64,000 nt of DNA, taken from contig CT868130.1 in the NCBI GenBank assembly GCA_000165425.1, positions 496,001 through 560,000 on the forward strand. The letters run 5' to 3'. The stretch comes from Paramecium tetraurelia (taxonomy: Eukaryota). Numbering within the stretch: position 1 is the stretch's first letter; each line of letters begins with the position of its first letter. Positions 38,298 through 51,441 of the stretch are shown here, one piece after another. The position numbers and the translations under genes were made by a program. The notes under the pieces are model-generated. The model was not told the DNA's origin, did not search any database, and saw nothing but the letters and a program-made list of their open reading frames with translations.

Positions 38298-39151
38298 ATG
38301 TTTTAAAATATCATTCACGACTCAATTTGTTCAGAGAAAGAGATATCTGAAGAGGATCTACACTCTCCGGCCACATTGGATTTGGAACCATTTTCTGATT
38401 TTGAATCCAATTTTCATTGTACCAAATTTTTCTTTATTTTACTAAATAGTGTCCTTTTTTACCGAGGAACCAGTCCTTAAATGCCAATCTGATGTTTCTA
38501 AGCTTGCATTGAAGATTAAAGAGGAAGACACTAATTCTAATCAGTAGAATTAGGAAATCAATAAAAGAAAATAGAAAATTTGGAATGATGAAGAGGATTA
38601 AAGATTAAAATATCTATTTAATTACTATCAAGGAAAATGGAATGAGATAGTTAAAAATATGCCTTAAAGAAATGCATCTTAATGTCAATAGAGGTGGAGA
38701 AGAATCAATCCGCCAAAAGAGGTAATATCTTTAATTTATTAATTCAATAGACAAAGCATATATGGAGCGAACAACAAGATGACCAATTAAAATTATTAGT
38801 TCATCAATTTGGCAGATAATGGATGAAAATAGCCAAAAGTAATTATTAATTGCATTCAATTTTATAGTCCTTGGAAACATCACAGGAAAACAGGCTCGTG
38901 ATCGTTACATTAATAAGCTAGATCAATCAATCAACAAAGAGCCATGGACTTATGAAGAGGACATGTTGGTTTTAGATTACTTCGTCAATCATGGACCCAA
39001 ATGGACAAAAATCTCTAATTTACTAGTTGGAAGACCTGTAATAATATTTCATTAAATATTCAAGGAAAACCATGTTAAGAATCGTTTCTATAGTTTCATT
39101 AAGAGAAATTACCTTGGTGAACAAAATCGATATCAAATTATTTATTCTTGA
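38298..39151 (+). CDS. Myb-domain transcription factor (3 repeats)
   Basis: WNDEED...RNASQCQQRW; WSEQQD...TGKQARDRYINKL; PWTYEED...GRPENHVKNRFYS. Confidence 0.88.
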
Positions 39152-39936
39152 ATTGCCTCTCAATTTCTCATCCTATGATAAGGAGGGGCTCCAATATTTA
39201 TTGAGTTATATTAGCTTAGCGTTATAACGTATAAACATTCTATTCTGTTTCCATTAAAGTGAAAGACATATCAAACTTCAATTTGATATAATTAAAATAA
39301 TTCAGTTTTTTCAAGTTAACTAATTCTAACAATAATTAAATTACAATCCAATAAGTAATAAATATATATAAATTATATTATTAATAATATTTAATAATTC
39401 ACTTAAAATCGTTAGCTTGTCTAAATATCCGCATTAATTAACCCCTGGCGACTTGTCTAGTTTAAAATCAACTTTTTAAAATTGAATTTTATACACTGAC
39501 CAATTTTACGATGTTATTGTGTTCTTGAGATTAAAGTTGCAGAAACTAATTGATATATCGATTGCAATTATAAGAATTACATACTGTTTTATTTTAGCGT
39601 TAAATCAAGTTGGAATTAAGGAAATAAAAAACTTAAGGATTTAGTTTGCATTCAATATAATAGTAATTAAGCATGCTGAAGGTTATAAAGAGTAACCAGA
39701 TTGGCGTTTAATGAGTTTTCAATAAGGAAAGAATTAATAGTGTAAAATATTAAAAAAACTAGGTGATTGCAATATAAATATTATAAAAATTATATACTTT
39801 AGAAAATATCTTTTTGAAATTATTTATTATAATATTTATTATAATTCATAATCATAAGTAATAGTGTTTCCTAATTTAATTGCATTATTAAATAGTGTAA
39901 AATGAATAAGATTTTAATAATTATTATAAAAATTGA

Positions 39937-40334
39937 ATGGGTCCCATAAGATAGTTATAAGCGTTTGTGTGTGCCTAGACATTTTGGCCCTAGTTTATGA
40001 TTAGATGGTTTTAAGCTGAAAAAGGACCATTTACTATCTTTTTCTATTGTCCTTTAGCCAAGTGGGGAATATCTATAGCCAATATAAACGACATGATTAA
40101 GAAGCCTGTTGAGACAGTTAACCCTGTTTAGTAATCAGTCATAACATTAACCGGAACTCTTATTGCTAGGTATTAAATATGATTAATCAAATAGATGGTG
40201 TTGGGTTTTATCACCAAGATAGTATATGTTAGTGGTATGCAACTCGGTGATGGCATGTACAGGAATCATTCAATTATGGAGAAAACAGTAAATAATTGAA
40301 TTATCTTTTTAGTTAAGCTGGTCTCTTATTTTGA
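39937..40334 (+). CDS. MPC: Mitochondrial pyruvate carrier family protein
   Basis: EKGPFTIFFYCPLAKWGISIANINDMIKKPVETVNPVQQS...RWCWVLSPRQYMLVVCN matches the MPC signature; two tiny introns. Confidence 0.85.
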
Positions 40335-40400
40335 AATATTATAAGTATATTTCTAATATATAAATTATGAATAGAAGTATCTTTATATACATTAAGTATT

Positions 40401-40774
40401 TCAACTCCGAGTAGTCATCGATACATTCTTGGATCGATCCCATAAATTAGTACATGCCAATCTAACCACTTTTTAATAAATTCAAATATTTGTATACTTT
40501 AAATTGAAAGACCAAGTCCATATTATTAGTGTAAAAAGGATTGGCATTTTCTCTTCTTTCATCCCACATGAAGACAAACCAATAGCAACCAAACCTCTCT
40601 CGTAGTTTTCTTGATATAAATGATGCTTAATCCTTCATTGAGGATTGATACAAAGACTCAAAAAAGATAGCTCTTATTTCTTCAACCAGGAATACATTGA
40701 CTCTTGTTCCTTACTTGATTATCTTATGATCTAGAATTGAATGAAATTACTTCTAAGGGATCTTGGTATTACAT
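40401..40774 (-). CDS. Small protein, possibly dynein light chain LC8-like
   Basis: MQYQDPLE[intron]IIKQG...KDQASFISRKLRERFGCYWFVFMW resembles the LC8 core; 3' end uncertain. Confidence 0.4.
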
Positions 40775-40903
40775 ATTAGTTGTTAATTTATTTTAAATAA
40801 CTCACATTACAGATAACTCAGATTTCAAGTCTATTGGATTTCAGAAAAGACAAAATGATAGGTGATTTTTGTAATTATACTTGTACTTAGATAAATAAAT
40901 GAA

Positions 40904-42353
40904 TCATTCCTAGTGGCCAGTCCTTTTAATCTAAGATTATGATCCAGTTGGCCCAGTAACAGTTAAAGTATTACCAGCCCTTGAGGTAACAGTTCTTTGG
41001 GTGACAACAACTTCCTAGATATGAAAATGAGATATACTCTCTTTGATCCACTCTTCCTAAGGGATTCTAATTCTGCTTAACACATAGTCAATTCTTCCTA
41101 ACACTTATTGTACTCGTGGTTTGTTTTAATGAACTTAGACTTCCAAACTTCAACTTCCTATGAGAGATAGGTGACTTTCTCCTAAATAACAGTAGTTCCT
41201 TAGGATTCTAATTCGGTATATCTCATTCTCCATTCATTTAATTCGGCATCTTTGTTTCTGATTTATATTTGCAGCCTCTCAATATCAGTAGAGATTAAAG
41301 CTAATTTATTCTAACAAAAATCAATAGATTGTTACTTCATAATCTCTTATTTACATAATGAGTTCATTATTTTTAGTGTAGGATTCCTACTCAATAAGTG
41401 CGCATTTGTTTTTCCAATTCTAGATATCCTGATTCGCTTATTATAACAATCTTTCGAGTCTGGAGTTTTCATCTTTAGATTATCTCAATTGATTTTCTAA
41501 ATCTCTCAACTAACTTGTATCCTGAGCATTCGTTTATAATTTTGATATTTGTAATCTTAGTTATTAGATTTCAGCATCTCTATTTGATAATAATTGTTTG
41601 AGTCTATCGTTTTCTTATTGTGATTAACTTAATTGAATTTCTAGATCCGAAATTTATCTCCTTAATCCTGCAATCTAATCTTCCAATTAAGTTCTCATGG
41701 CATAGAATTCAGCTTGTAATGAAGCAGAATCAGCAGCATTGGCACTATGTAAGTTTACATCTCCTCTTAGGGAATCCAATTATTGCTCATAGCTATTTCG
41801 CATTTGCATCATTTAATTTTTAAGTTGATCATTTTCTCTACGCAATTGTAATAATTGAGCTTCTAATTATTCAATTCTTGTGTTATCTGTGACAACTTTG
41901 ACTACTTCTTTTTCGACAACTTTGGCTTCCTTTCTTCTCTCCAAATCAGCAATAATTGACTAAAGATATTCACATTCCAATCTCCAGGGAGTTTCGATTT
42001 CCTCCTTTGAAACAACTACAATGTTCATGCACAGTGGTGGTGCTTGTTGACAATTTTGTTAAACACTATAGGTGCCAGGATAAGAGACTTAAGGGATTGA
42101 GATATTTTATCTTAAAACCTATTGACTTTAGATTCTGGGAGGAGGTAATTGTTGAGTCTATAGAATTTGAGCTTCCTCTTGAGTTCTCATTCTCTATGAT
42201 GAATATTCAATCGCTGGTTACTAACATTAAATTAGAATCAGATACTTGAGTGACGATTTGTCTGGTTTGAGAATTCACTAATCTCATGCCTTCCTCTCTG
42301 CCATTTAATAATTTTATTTTACCATCATCACTAACAAAAATTTCTTGACTCAT
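40904..42353 (-). CDS. Charged coiled-coil protein (ciliate cortical/cytoskeletal-type)
   Basis: ...KEEIETPWRLECEYL...VVEKEVVKVVTDNTRIEQLE...NKLALISTDIERLQ...; heptad-rich, several tiny introns. Confidence 0.65.
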
Positions 42354-42446
42354 CTATCTTTAATTTAATTTTAATTTATTTTCCACTTTTAATCAACAGC
42401 ATATATTAAAATTATAAACTATTAATCAATTAATTATTTAATTATA

Positions 42447-43379
42447 ATGCAAGTCTAATACGGGGCAGTACCAAATCCTCAAGCATTGGGAAATGCAATC
42501 GGAAATGCTATAGCAGGACAATTGCAATAATATGGGGCCTAGTTTTTCACTGCAGATGTAAAGAGAGTAACTAATATTAGCCGTTTGCCGGGGTAAATTA
42601 TATGTTAATCGATTAAAAACCAGAGTAAATCAATGATCTTAATTTAGTTGCATTGAATGTATATGTCCTTGCCTTGGGGAAAAGAAGAATAGTTATTAGA
42701 TTTCAGTGTCTGAATAGACGGGACTCCTTGCTCAATAGTAACTTGGGATTATAAAGGAGGAATCCGAATGTGCTTAAAGGTTCTTTTGTCAATGTTGGAG
42801 AGCTTTGGATCTATTATTTATTAACAATTAGAATCAAATCCTATTCAAGGCACAAAGTAAGACAACTTACTTATTTTAGGAATTTACAAAGTTCCTTCAG
42901 TTTTATGTTTGCCATGTGAGAGACCAGAGATGGTTGTGTCTCGTGACTCTGAAGTGATAGGATACCTCAAGTAACCGTTCATGTGTTGCGGTCGATCAGA
43001 GTAATTAATCAGATATATATCAAGATGTCCATTGCCAATTCTCGAAGAAATTGATATTTGTGATCCTTCAGGCAACACAAGGTATTTCATTTCTGGAGAG
43101 TTTGTTCAATGTGGTTGTGTTACTAGGATGTGTGCCATACCAAGATGCATGGGTCCTTGTTAATACATTGACTATGACATTTATAACCCTATGAAGCAGA
43201 AAGTCGGGAGAATTAGAAATATTTTTAATGGGTGTGCTTTAGAATATTGTAGCAAGGCTGATAAATTTTTGGTGGAATTCCCTCCTCAATGCACTTCTCA
43301 AGACAAATGCCTGATTCTTTTTGCTGCTATCACAATAGATTACGATAACTTTGAATATACATTTTGCAATTTGCCTTGA
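42447..43379 (+). CDS. Phospholipid scramblase family protein
   Basis: KEESECAQRFFCQCWRALD...CCG...VGRIRN...DKFLVEFPPQCTSQDKCLILFAAITIDY. Confidence 0.82.
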
Positions 43380-43390
43380 AATTATAAATA

Positions 43391-45277
43391 ATGTTTATTG
43401 AATAATATCAAGAAACTATCAATCAATAGTTAAAGCTATGCAAAGTTGTCCCAATCACTCTAAATCCAAAAAATGTGCTGAGATCTATACTTGCAGCCGA
43501 AGACAAATTGGCTGACGAACAACTCTATTTAAATTAATGTAAAAAATAGGAATTGATTATCAACAATATGAATGAGGAAAATGCTGAGGTAATTTTGAAA
43601 CTTTGTTCATTAATTAAATTGTCATTAGATAAACACAAAGTTGCCAGCAAAGACGAACTTTAGGAAATAGTTTTGAATCAAATAAAAACAGACTCTGTAA
43701 ATTGGCCATAATTTAAATAACCAAGATGGCCTGAATATTTAGAATATTTTAGCAATCTAAGCAAAAGCCTTATCAATCATTCATATAAACTGATTGAAAG
43801 TATTGTTTTAGATTTAACTACTAAACCTTTTGAATGTTCAGAATTTCATTAATACATGACAGATAAATTAGAATAAACTATGTCTGTTTTAGCAGTTGAA
43901 ATGAGTGATTTCGTAAGAGTGCCTAATAGCAATGTCTTATACATGGAGTTGAAGAAATACTTTAACTCAATAATACAAAACATTCATTTATATATCAACA
44001 GAACATCCTTGTTTTGTAATACTTAGATGGAATTCCTTAATGAAACACTCACCAAATATCACACCTTGGCCAATGTTAGAACATATCAGGTATTGTAAAC
44101 TGAAACATCATAATACATCATATCCTAATGTCACATTTCACTCAAAGAAATGCTCTTTTACAGAATTGAATTCTTAATTTTTGAAAAAGATTTAGTCAAA
44201 TCTATCATTCGACATTTCTATGAGTACAATAAATTGAATCTCGGTGTATATTAGATGTCTACCTTAACATAGACATTCTAGGATGCAATCCATATGCATT
44301 AACTATTAGATGAAAATTAGAGTGTCTAAATAAATTTAGATTCAAAATTATTTGACCAAGATGGTGATTGTCTAAAATATAAAACTTGGTTGTATTAAAA
44401 AAAGTCAATACAATCCTAATAGATGTTGACAGGTTCTTCTGTTGTAGGAGGATCTATTGGAGCTGGCTTAGGATGTTTAATTGTGGATAGTGTTGATCCA
44501 AAAATTCCATGGGAGGAAAAACTGAAAAGGGCTGGATTCAGTTCTGTTGCAACTGGTATTGTAGGAGCAGCTATGCGTATACCTGTGATTGGAACCATAT
44601 TGTCATAAGCTTTATTGTTTTATGCAATTAAATTGACAGCTAATAATAAGGTAATTGATAAAAATGAAAAAATGAAGAATTTAGCCCATATTGGAGTTTA
44701 AAGTTCAGTTGGTATAGGTTCAGCTGTAGCTGGTTAAATCTTAATTCCAGTTCCAGTCTTAGGGGCAATCATAGGGGGAACTGTTGGAGGTGTTGCTATG
44801 AGTTTGTATAGTAAGTTTTTTGTACCCAAAACTAAACAATCAATTAAAGTTATGATTAATGAGTTGATAGATAGATAACTTGATGATGGGTTATTTGTGT
44901 ATGATGAGTAGGTAATCAAAATCATGAGAATTAATCAATAACATTATTTTGGTGGTAAACCTTAGAAATTCACTGATTCTTAATGGTTGACTATTTTAAT
45001 GGTTTATTTGGTTAATGAAGTTCATTATTTGTCAAATATACAAGGATTGGAGAAAATTAAGGAACTTTAAGAGTAAATGAAAAAAAAACCTAGTGATGAG
45101 GTCAAATATGTTAAGTAAATTAATGATATTGATGATGATTTAGAACAGCAAGAGCTAATCAGTGTCAAATTAGAAAGATCTAGAAATTACATCTAACAAT
45201 AAGATATTAATACTTTACAAATTGCTTCTTAAATAGGAGAATTTATAAATGGAATGATAGCTAATTTTAAATTATGA
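43391..45277 (+). CDS. Uncharacterised 628-aa protein with glycine-zipper hydrophobic segments
   Basis: Apparently intronless code-6 ORF (1887 nt; ORF-track fragment 44423 is in frame); VVGGSIGAGLG and GQILIPVPVLGAIIGGTVGG segments. Confidence 0.75.
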
Positions 45278-45295
45278 ATTAAATTAATTATAATA

Positions 45296-47499
45296 TCAAA
45301 TTAGCTGGCAGCATGCACTTTCCCCCTCTTTTGTTCCTTTTACAATTGATAAAATGTAATCATTCATTGATGAAGTCAAAAATCTAGCAACTAAAAAATA
45401 TTTGCTATAAGTATCTCGAATTTATTTGATCTCAAATAAGTTTCTTAAATATCTTTTTAAAGAAGGAAATGGTGTAAAGTCAAAATCTACAAGAAATAAG
45501 CCAGAGATTTCTCCAATAAATCTATTGTTATTAAAATATATTACGTCAAATCTGCTATTGTTGGGGTTTTGGATCCCATAATGTACTTATAATGTCCTCC
45601 TCCTAAGAAAGTGTCTATAAAAAATTGAAGCGATTCGTTTAACTCTCTAATTCGTTCTTCTTTGTTGTTTGGAATTGGTTTTTTGAAGAATTTTGGACCA
45701 AAAAAGAAATCCATTGTATAAATAGTCAATGATTTGAAGCCTGTATGATGAAAATCTAAAAAGGAATCAATTTTGCTTCTCAATGGGTAATTCGGATAGA
45801 ATTCCGTCAAATTAAATTGAATACAAATAAATTTCATTATAGCATGGCTTTCAAATAAGCTGAAGTTGCCAAAGGTGATAGCAGGAAGAGTTTAGTTCGG
45901 ATTGATATTTGTATAGGGAGGTCTTGTATTCTCTCCTCCTTTTAAATCAATATCCTTTTCAGTGTATGTAATTTACGCCAATTTCAATAATGATTTTACA
46001 GCTTTAGAAGGCGGAGATACAAAATTAAAATATAAGGTTAATTTATCCTTGGGTCTTATTTATTCTGACATTTAAGTAATTTGAAGAGCAAATTTTCCTA
46101 TTTTCTAACTCTACAAAAGTTGGAAGTATTCTCTATGAGACTTTTTCATTTCAGGCATTTAAAATACCCTCTAGACATAAGTATCCAAACCCAAAATATG
46201 TTCAAAAGGGAAGTCTGTAATTAAGAGCTAGGCTATATCGCAGCAAGCCTTAATGTCTGCCAAAGTTGGAATAGGAGATCCATTTATGTATGCCCAGTTG
46301 CCTTTGTTTAGAAATACCTTAACGAAGAATTCCAGAGTGGCCTTGACATCTTTTAATTATTAATCTTTATTTGAAGGTATTGGTAATTTCATAACTGCTG
46401 GGCCAAGGAAACAGGAGAAGGCATATTTGGTAAGTGAGGACATCTCAGTTAGATGAAAGTCCATATATAAGTCCACTTGTGCTTTGGCTTTTAAATTAAA
46501 GGGATAGAGATTGGATAATTTAAATTTTTGAGCGATGTACTTCATTATAGCACCACTTTCAAATAAGCATAGGTTTCCGTCTTAGATTGCTGGGAGAGAT
46601 TCATTAGGATTGATTGCTTAGTATTCGGGAGTTTTATTTTATCCTTTCTAAATATAGATGATTTTCTCATTGTATTCGACTCCACTGTATAATAATGTAG
46701 TTCTAGCAGCTCTGGAGGGAGAGGAGAAAGGATGATGATAGAGGTTGATTTGCCAATTTTATCTTTTGTCAATTCCACTAATGATATAAGATATTGAATC
46801 ATTGGGTTTCGTATTTTTAATCATTTCTAAATATTCTGCATAGGCCTCTCTTATTTCTGGTAAGGAGAACATCTCCTGCAAATAGTCTCTAATTTTTGGA
46901 AATTGATTGAAATCCAAGCCAGTTAATAAAAGTTGGGTCAAATCAGCTATGCATCTTTGATATGATATTATAAATACTTCAAATCAGCAATTGTTATTGA
47001 GGGTTGATTTTGTATGTATCTTCCCTTCAAGAAAATGGATTCAAAGAATTGAAGTGTATCTATTGTATCCTGATACATTTATTCTTTATTTTGCGGCACA
47101 GGTTTCTTCCTTAACATGGGAAATAAGAAACACTAATTCGTGTATGTTCCTATTGCATCTAGTCCCGTTTGACTCCAATCGAGATAGCAATCAACTCTAG
47201 CTCTGTTTTGGATATCCTTATAATTTAGTAATTTCTAATACTTTTGGATAAAATTATGTTAACTCTTTTTTTATGGCTATATATTTTAGTATTGCATGGC
47301 TTTCAAAAAGCTTTAATTCTCCATCCACTAGAGCTGGCAAAGATTAGTTAGGATTGATATATTAATATTCAGGAGTTTTATGCTCTCCTTTCATTAAATC
47401 CACTACTTTGCCTTAAAATACAACCTTCGATAATAAAAGTAATGAACGAACTGCTCTTGAAGGTGGAGATTAGGGAGAAAAATAAAATATTAAAGACAT
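45296..47499 (-). CDS. Triple tandem glutathione S-transferase (theta-like), ~710 aa, with C-terminal CCQLI
   Basis: Three in-frame units, each with S(P/S)PS(R/K)A, INPN.(S/T)LPA and LFES.AI; three introns (25, 23, 23 nt) leave 711 codons; no TGA in the inter-domain linkers. Confidence 0.9.
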
Positions 47500-47629
47500 A
47501 ATTAATGTTTACCTCCGTAAACATCATCGCTTCGATTAATTTACATTGGAATTTAGAACATCCATAAAGATTCAATAAAATAATTGTTAATAATACATTA
47601 GTATATATTTATTTATAAATGAATTAAAT

Positions 47630-48889
47630 AAATTCATAAATTTTCACACATTCCATTTCAGAATCCATATCATATTTTTTTTTTGATTAATTAATCGTGT
47701 TTCTCTAACATAACAACCTCATCTGATTCTACTTGATCTAAAACACAAGTTCCACCCAATCCCATATTTCTTGTATCCAATCCACAAAATACAAAATATC
47801 CGTATTTGAAATTCATTTAAGCAAAAGAGAAATGAAATTAGTAATAGTAAGTATTCATGAGAAAAATAGAATCCAAAGCATCAATAAAGATGGACAATAA
47901 TTGAAGTTAAAATAAAATTCATAAATGTCATATTTTTTGTGATTGTAAACACTATTATAAATGAAGTGGAACAATTAAATTGTAATCACACCTATACGCC
48001 TCCTATCTAACCCAAAAGAATTTCAATTAAGTGCAAAAGGTGGATAACTATCTTTTTGGATGATGTGATTTTAGGACTTAAGATTTTTGGATAATTCCAT
48101 TGATTTTTGTTTTACACATTGTCCATTGAATGATTTTATACAATAATCGATTGGATTCGAAATACCCATATTCAATTAAATTATTTGAATTCATCAATCA
48201 ATTATAATTATAATTCTCTCAATTCATTCACTCTCTGTTGATTGTCTTAGATCTCTGTTTTCAATCTTTCGTTCTCTTCTATGATTGTATTATAATCAGA
48301 TTGTAAGCCCTCCTGTTCTAATTACAATTACTGTAATTAACTTAATAATTCTTCATGGGAATGCTACTCAATCTAATGTTACAAATGAGTGACTTTATCT
48401 GCATAATAGTCGATCTCATCAATGTACTCATCAATAATTTGGTTTGGTTCGATTGTTGATTATTAATTAGTTATTTTTTATTCTTTGGTTGTATTGATAT
48501 TAATATTTTAATTTGATCTCCTACCCTTATTTTAAACTGTGCTACAATTATTAACAGATTTTTTTTAAGATTAAGTTGCTGATTGCTTACTTTTCTTTTC
48601 ATTGCAATATTTATTATATAAGGTATTGAAGGTATCATCTGAATATTTTTATGAATGATTTTTAGTTATTTCCTAATAGACCATCTTTAATAGCTCGTAT
48701 TTTCTAATAATCTATTCCATATTTGAGATATTCATATTTGTAATCTAATAATGTATTTTTTATAGATACTGCCAATCTTTCTAAGTAAAACAATTCAATC
48801 TCTTTAGCATGTTATTTTTCGTATTTTTGTAGATCTTGAGTCCAATAATCAATTTATTTTAACAATTCGAATTTAGCTTCGTTAATCAT
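47630..48889 (-). CDS. Hypothetical coiled-coil protein (3' part uncertain)
   Basis: ATG 48889 MINEAKFELLKQIDYWTQDLQKYEK..., with an intron and an E/Q/L-rich frame extending past ~48000; downstream exon structure unresolved. Confidence 0.45.
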
Positions 48890-48947
48890 ATAAATTTATA
48901 ATAAAATTAAATAATATTTGTTATTTATATATAAAATTAGATTCAAA

Positions 48948-50623
48948 ATGAATAGAAGATTACAAATAGAGCATGGGAATCTCAAAGTTAAGAGAGCTCT
49001 TATGAGATAATAGATCAATTAATCCCATAGAATCGATAGGGATTTTGACATCGATGAAAGATTTCGTTCAAATTCAATGTGTATGAAAAATGATGAATTT
49101 GAGATTGAAGACCCTGAATATTATGATCAATAATAAACTTGGGAAAGACTGGATAGATTGGTACAAAGTTTACCAAACTAAAGAAACAGTTGTTCATGGG
49201 TGATATTCGAAGATTGTATGTATATTTTTGGTGGGTTTACCTTTAATGGAAGATTGGATGATGTCCACAGATATTCATTTCAATCGAACCAATGGTAAAG
49301 GTTGAACACTACTGGAACCAAACCCACTGCAAGAGAGAATAATGGCGCAATTGAATATAAAGGGTAAATGTACATATTTGGGGGATGTGATGGATTATTA
49401 TGGTTAAATGACTTTTATTCATTGAATCTAAAAACTTTGATTTGGGAAAAGATAGAACCTACTGGTCAATGTCCATCTGAAAGATTTGGAATAGCCTGTG
49501 GAGCATACTAGACGAAAATGTTAATTTTTGGTGGATGTGATGGCAATCATTATCTCAATGATGCTTATGTATGGGATTTTGAAGAGCAAGTTTGGAATAA
49601 ATTATAATTAATTGGAGACATACCCTCTGCTAGATCTTGTCCTTCATTCAGTGTATTAAATAATTAAATCTATATTTTTGGTGGTTTTGATGGTGTTAAT
49701 AGATTGAATGATTTCTACAAAATTAACATATTCACTGGAAAAGTAAAAAGAATTAGTCAACATGGCACAATACCATGTCCAAGATATGTAAATTATACAT
49801 ATGATTATTTAGTTTCATGCATCTGAAATTTATTAAAATAAGTTATTATTATTTGGTGGATTCAATGGTCAAGCAAGACTAAATGATTTGTACGAGTTTG
49901 ATTTTGGAATTAAAACTTGGAAAAAACTGGAAGTGCATGAATCACCTAAAGGGAGATCTAGTATGGTTTTTTAAATATACAACGATTCCCTTTATATTTT
50001 TGGAGGATATGATGGTGATGAGTTACTCAATGACATCTATAAACTAGAATTTAAGAATGCTCATATGCCTAGATCTAGCTTTCTATCAGATTTGCATACT
50101 TTGATTAACAATCCTTTGATGAGTGATGTAGTGTTCCTTGTGGAGGATCATTAAATTTATGCTAATAAATGTATTCTAGGTGCGAGAAGTGAACACTTTC
50201 AGACTTTGTTTTTTGAGGAATTCAGAGATAAAGAATAAATATTCATAGAAATCACTGATTGTGCTTATTAAACATTCATGGATATGTTACTGTATATCTA
50301 TACAGATCAACTAGATTACTCTTTCAATACAAATAGGCTATTAAATCTCATCATTCTATCTGATTAATATTTGCTATAAAGATTGAAATATTTATGCGAA
50401 GAGTAGTTAATTAGGAAAATTAATTGCAATAATGTTATTGATATAATCTTATTTTCAAAAAAGTAATTTTCCATTTTATATTAGATATAATTGTAAATTA
50501 TTGTTAGTATAAACAATGAAATAACTGATTGACAATATTTCAACTATTAAAAAAAGGAAAGATTTTATTAAATTGGCTTAAGAACCTGAAATACTTTTGG
50601 AGATTATACAAAAGAAATGTTGA
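48948..50623 (+). CDS. Kelch-repeat plus BTB/POZ protein (LZTR1-like architecture)
   Basis: Repeated Y/LIFGG..G...LND Kelch units, then LSDLHTLINNPLMSDVVFLVEDHQIYANKCILGARSEHF (BTB); TGA 50621-50623. Confidence 0.9.
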
Positions 50624-50697
50624 TTAATATATATTACTCTTTATAATTATGCAGTTTGTGATATCAGAAGTAGAATAATTATATTAAATTATTAAAT

Positions 50698-51200
50698 TCA
50701 ATTATTTAATAATGCTAATAAATCCATTTCAACTTTTTCAAACTCTGATTTTAGTTTATTTAAAAAGTTTGTGGTTATTTAAGTGAAGTTCATTTATATT
50801 CTATCCTTTTATTCCTCCAATTATTATTTAGTATTAGTTTTAACTTAATTCACAGGTTTTTCTTGCACTTAATCCTTTCTAGTTTTGCTAACAATTTTAC
50901 TTTCTGTTTTATCCTTTTTCAATTTGCCTTGTTCTACCTTAGCATTATTCTTATTTGCTTGTGCAGTGCTCTACTCTTAATAAATTTGCTTAATTTATTC
51001 CATTACTTTTTGATATTGAAGATTATATATATTAGTATTTGTTTTTAATTCACAATTTTCAGAATTTTTAATGGGACAATCAATTTTAGAGGCTCCTTCC
51101 CTCAATTTTGGCTTATTTTGCTACTAATCTAACTGACTACTTTACTTCTCGACCCTTTCTTATTTAACTTTCTTTAGCATTTATTTAATTAGTACATCTA
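50698..51200 (-). CDS. Hypothetical K/E/Q-rich protein
   Basis: Coding-like charged frames ending ...SEFEKVEMDLLALLNN* at 50698; start and introns unresolved. Confidence 0.35.
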
Positions 51201-51441
51201 CCTCAAGAAATATATTGAATTAAAATAAAAAAATCAACCTAATAATTTTTTATTAATTTATATAGATATTTATTTAAATATTAACAAAGAAACAATGAAT
51301 AACCTAAATGAAATATATAAAAAATCAGATATTCTATTTATTCCCTACATAGAAATAATAGATATTTTTTGAAGATTAACATAATTATACCTAAATACAA
51401 TCAAATTTATATTATGATTTATTTATTTATAAAATTCATTA

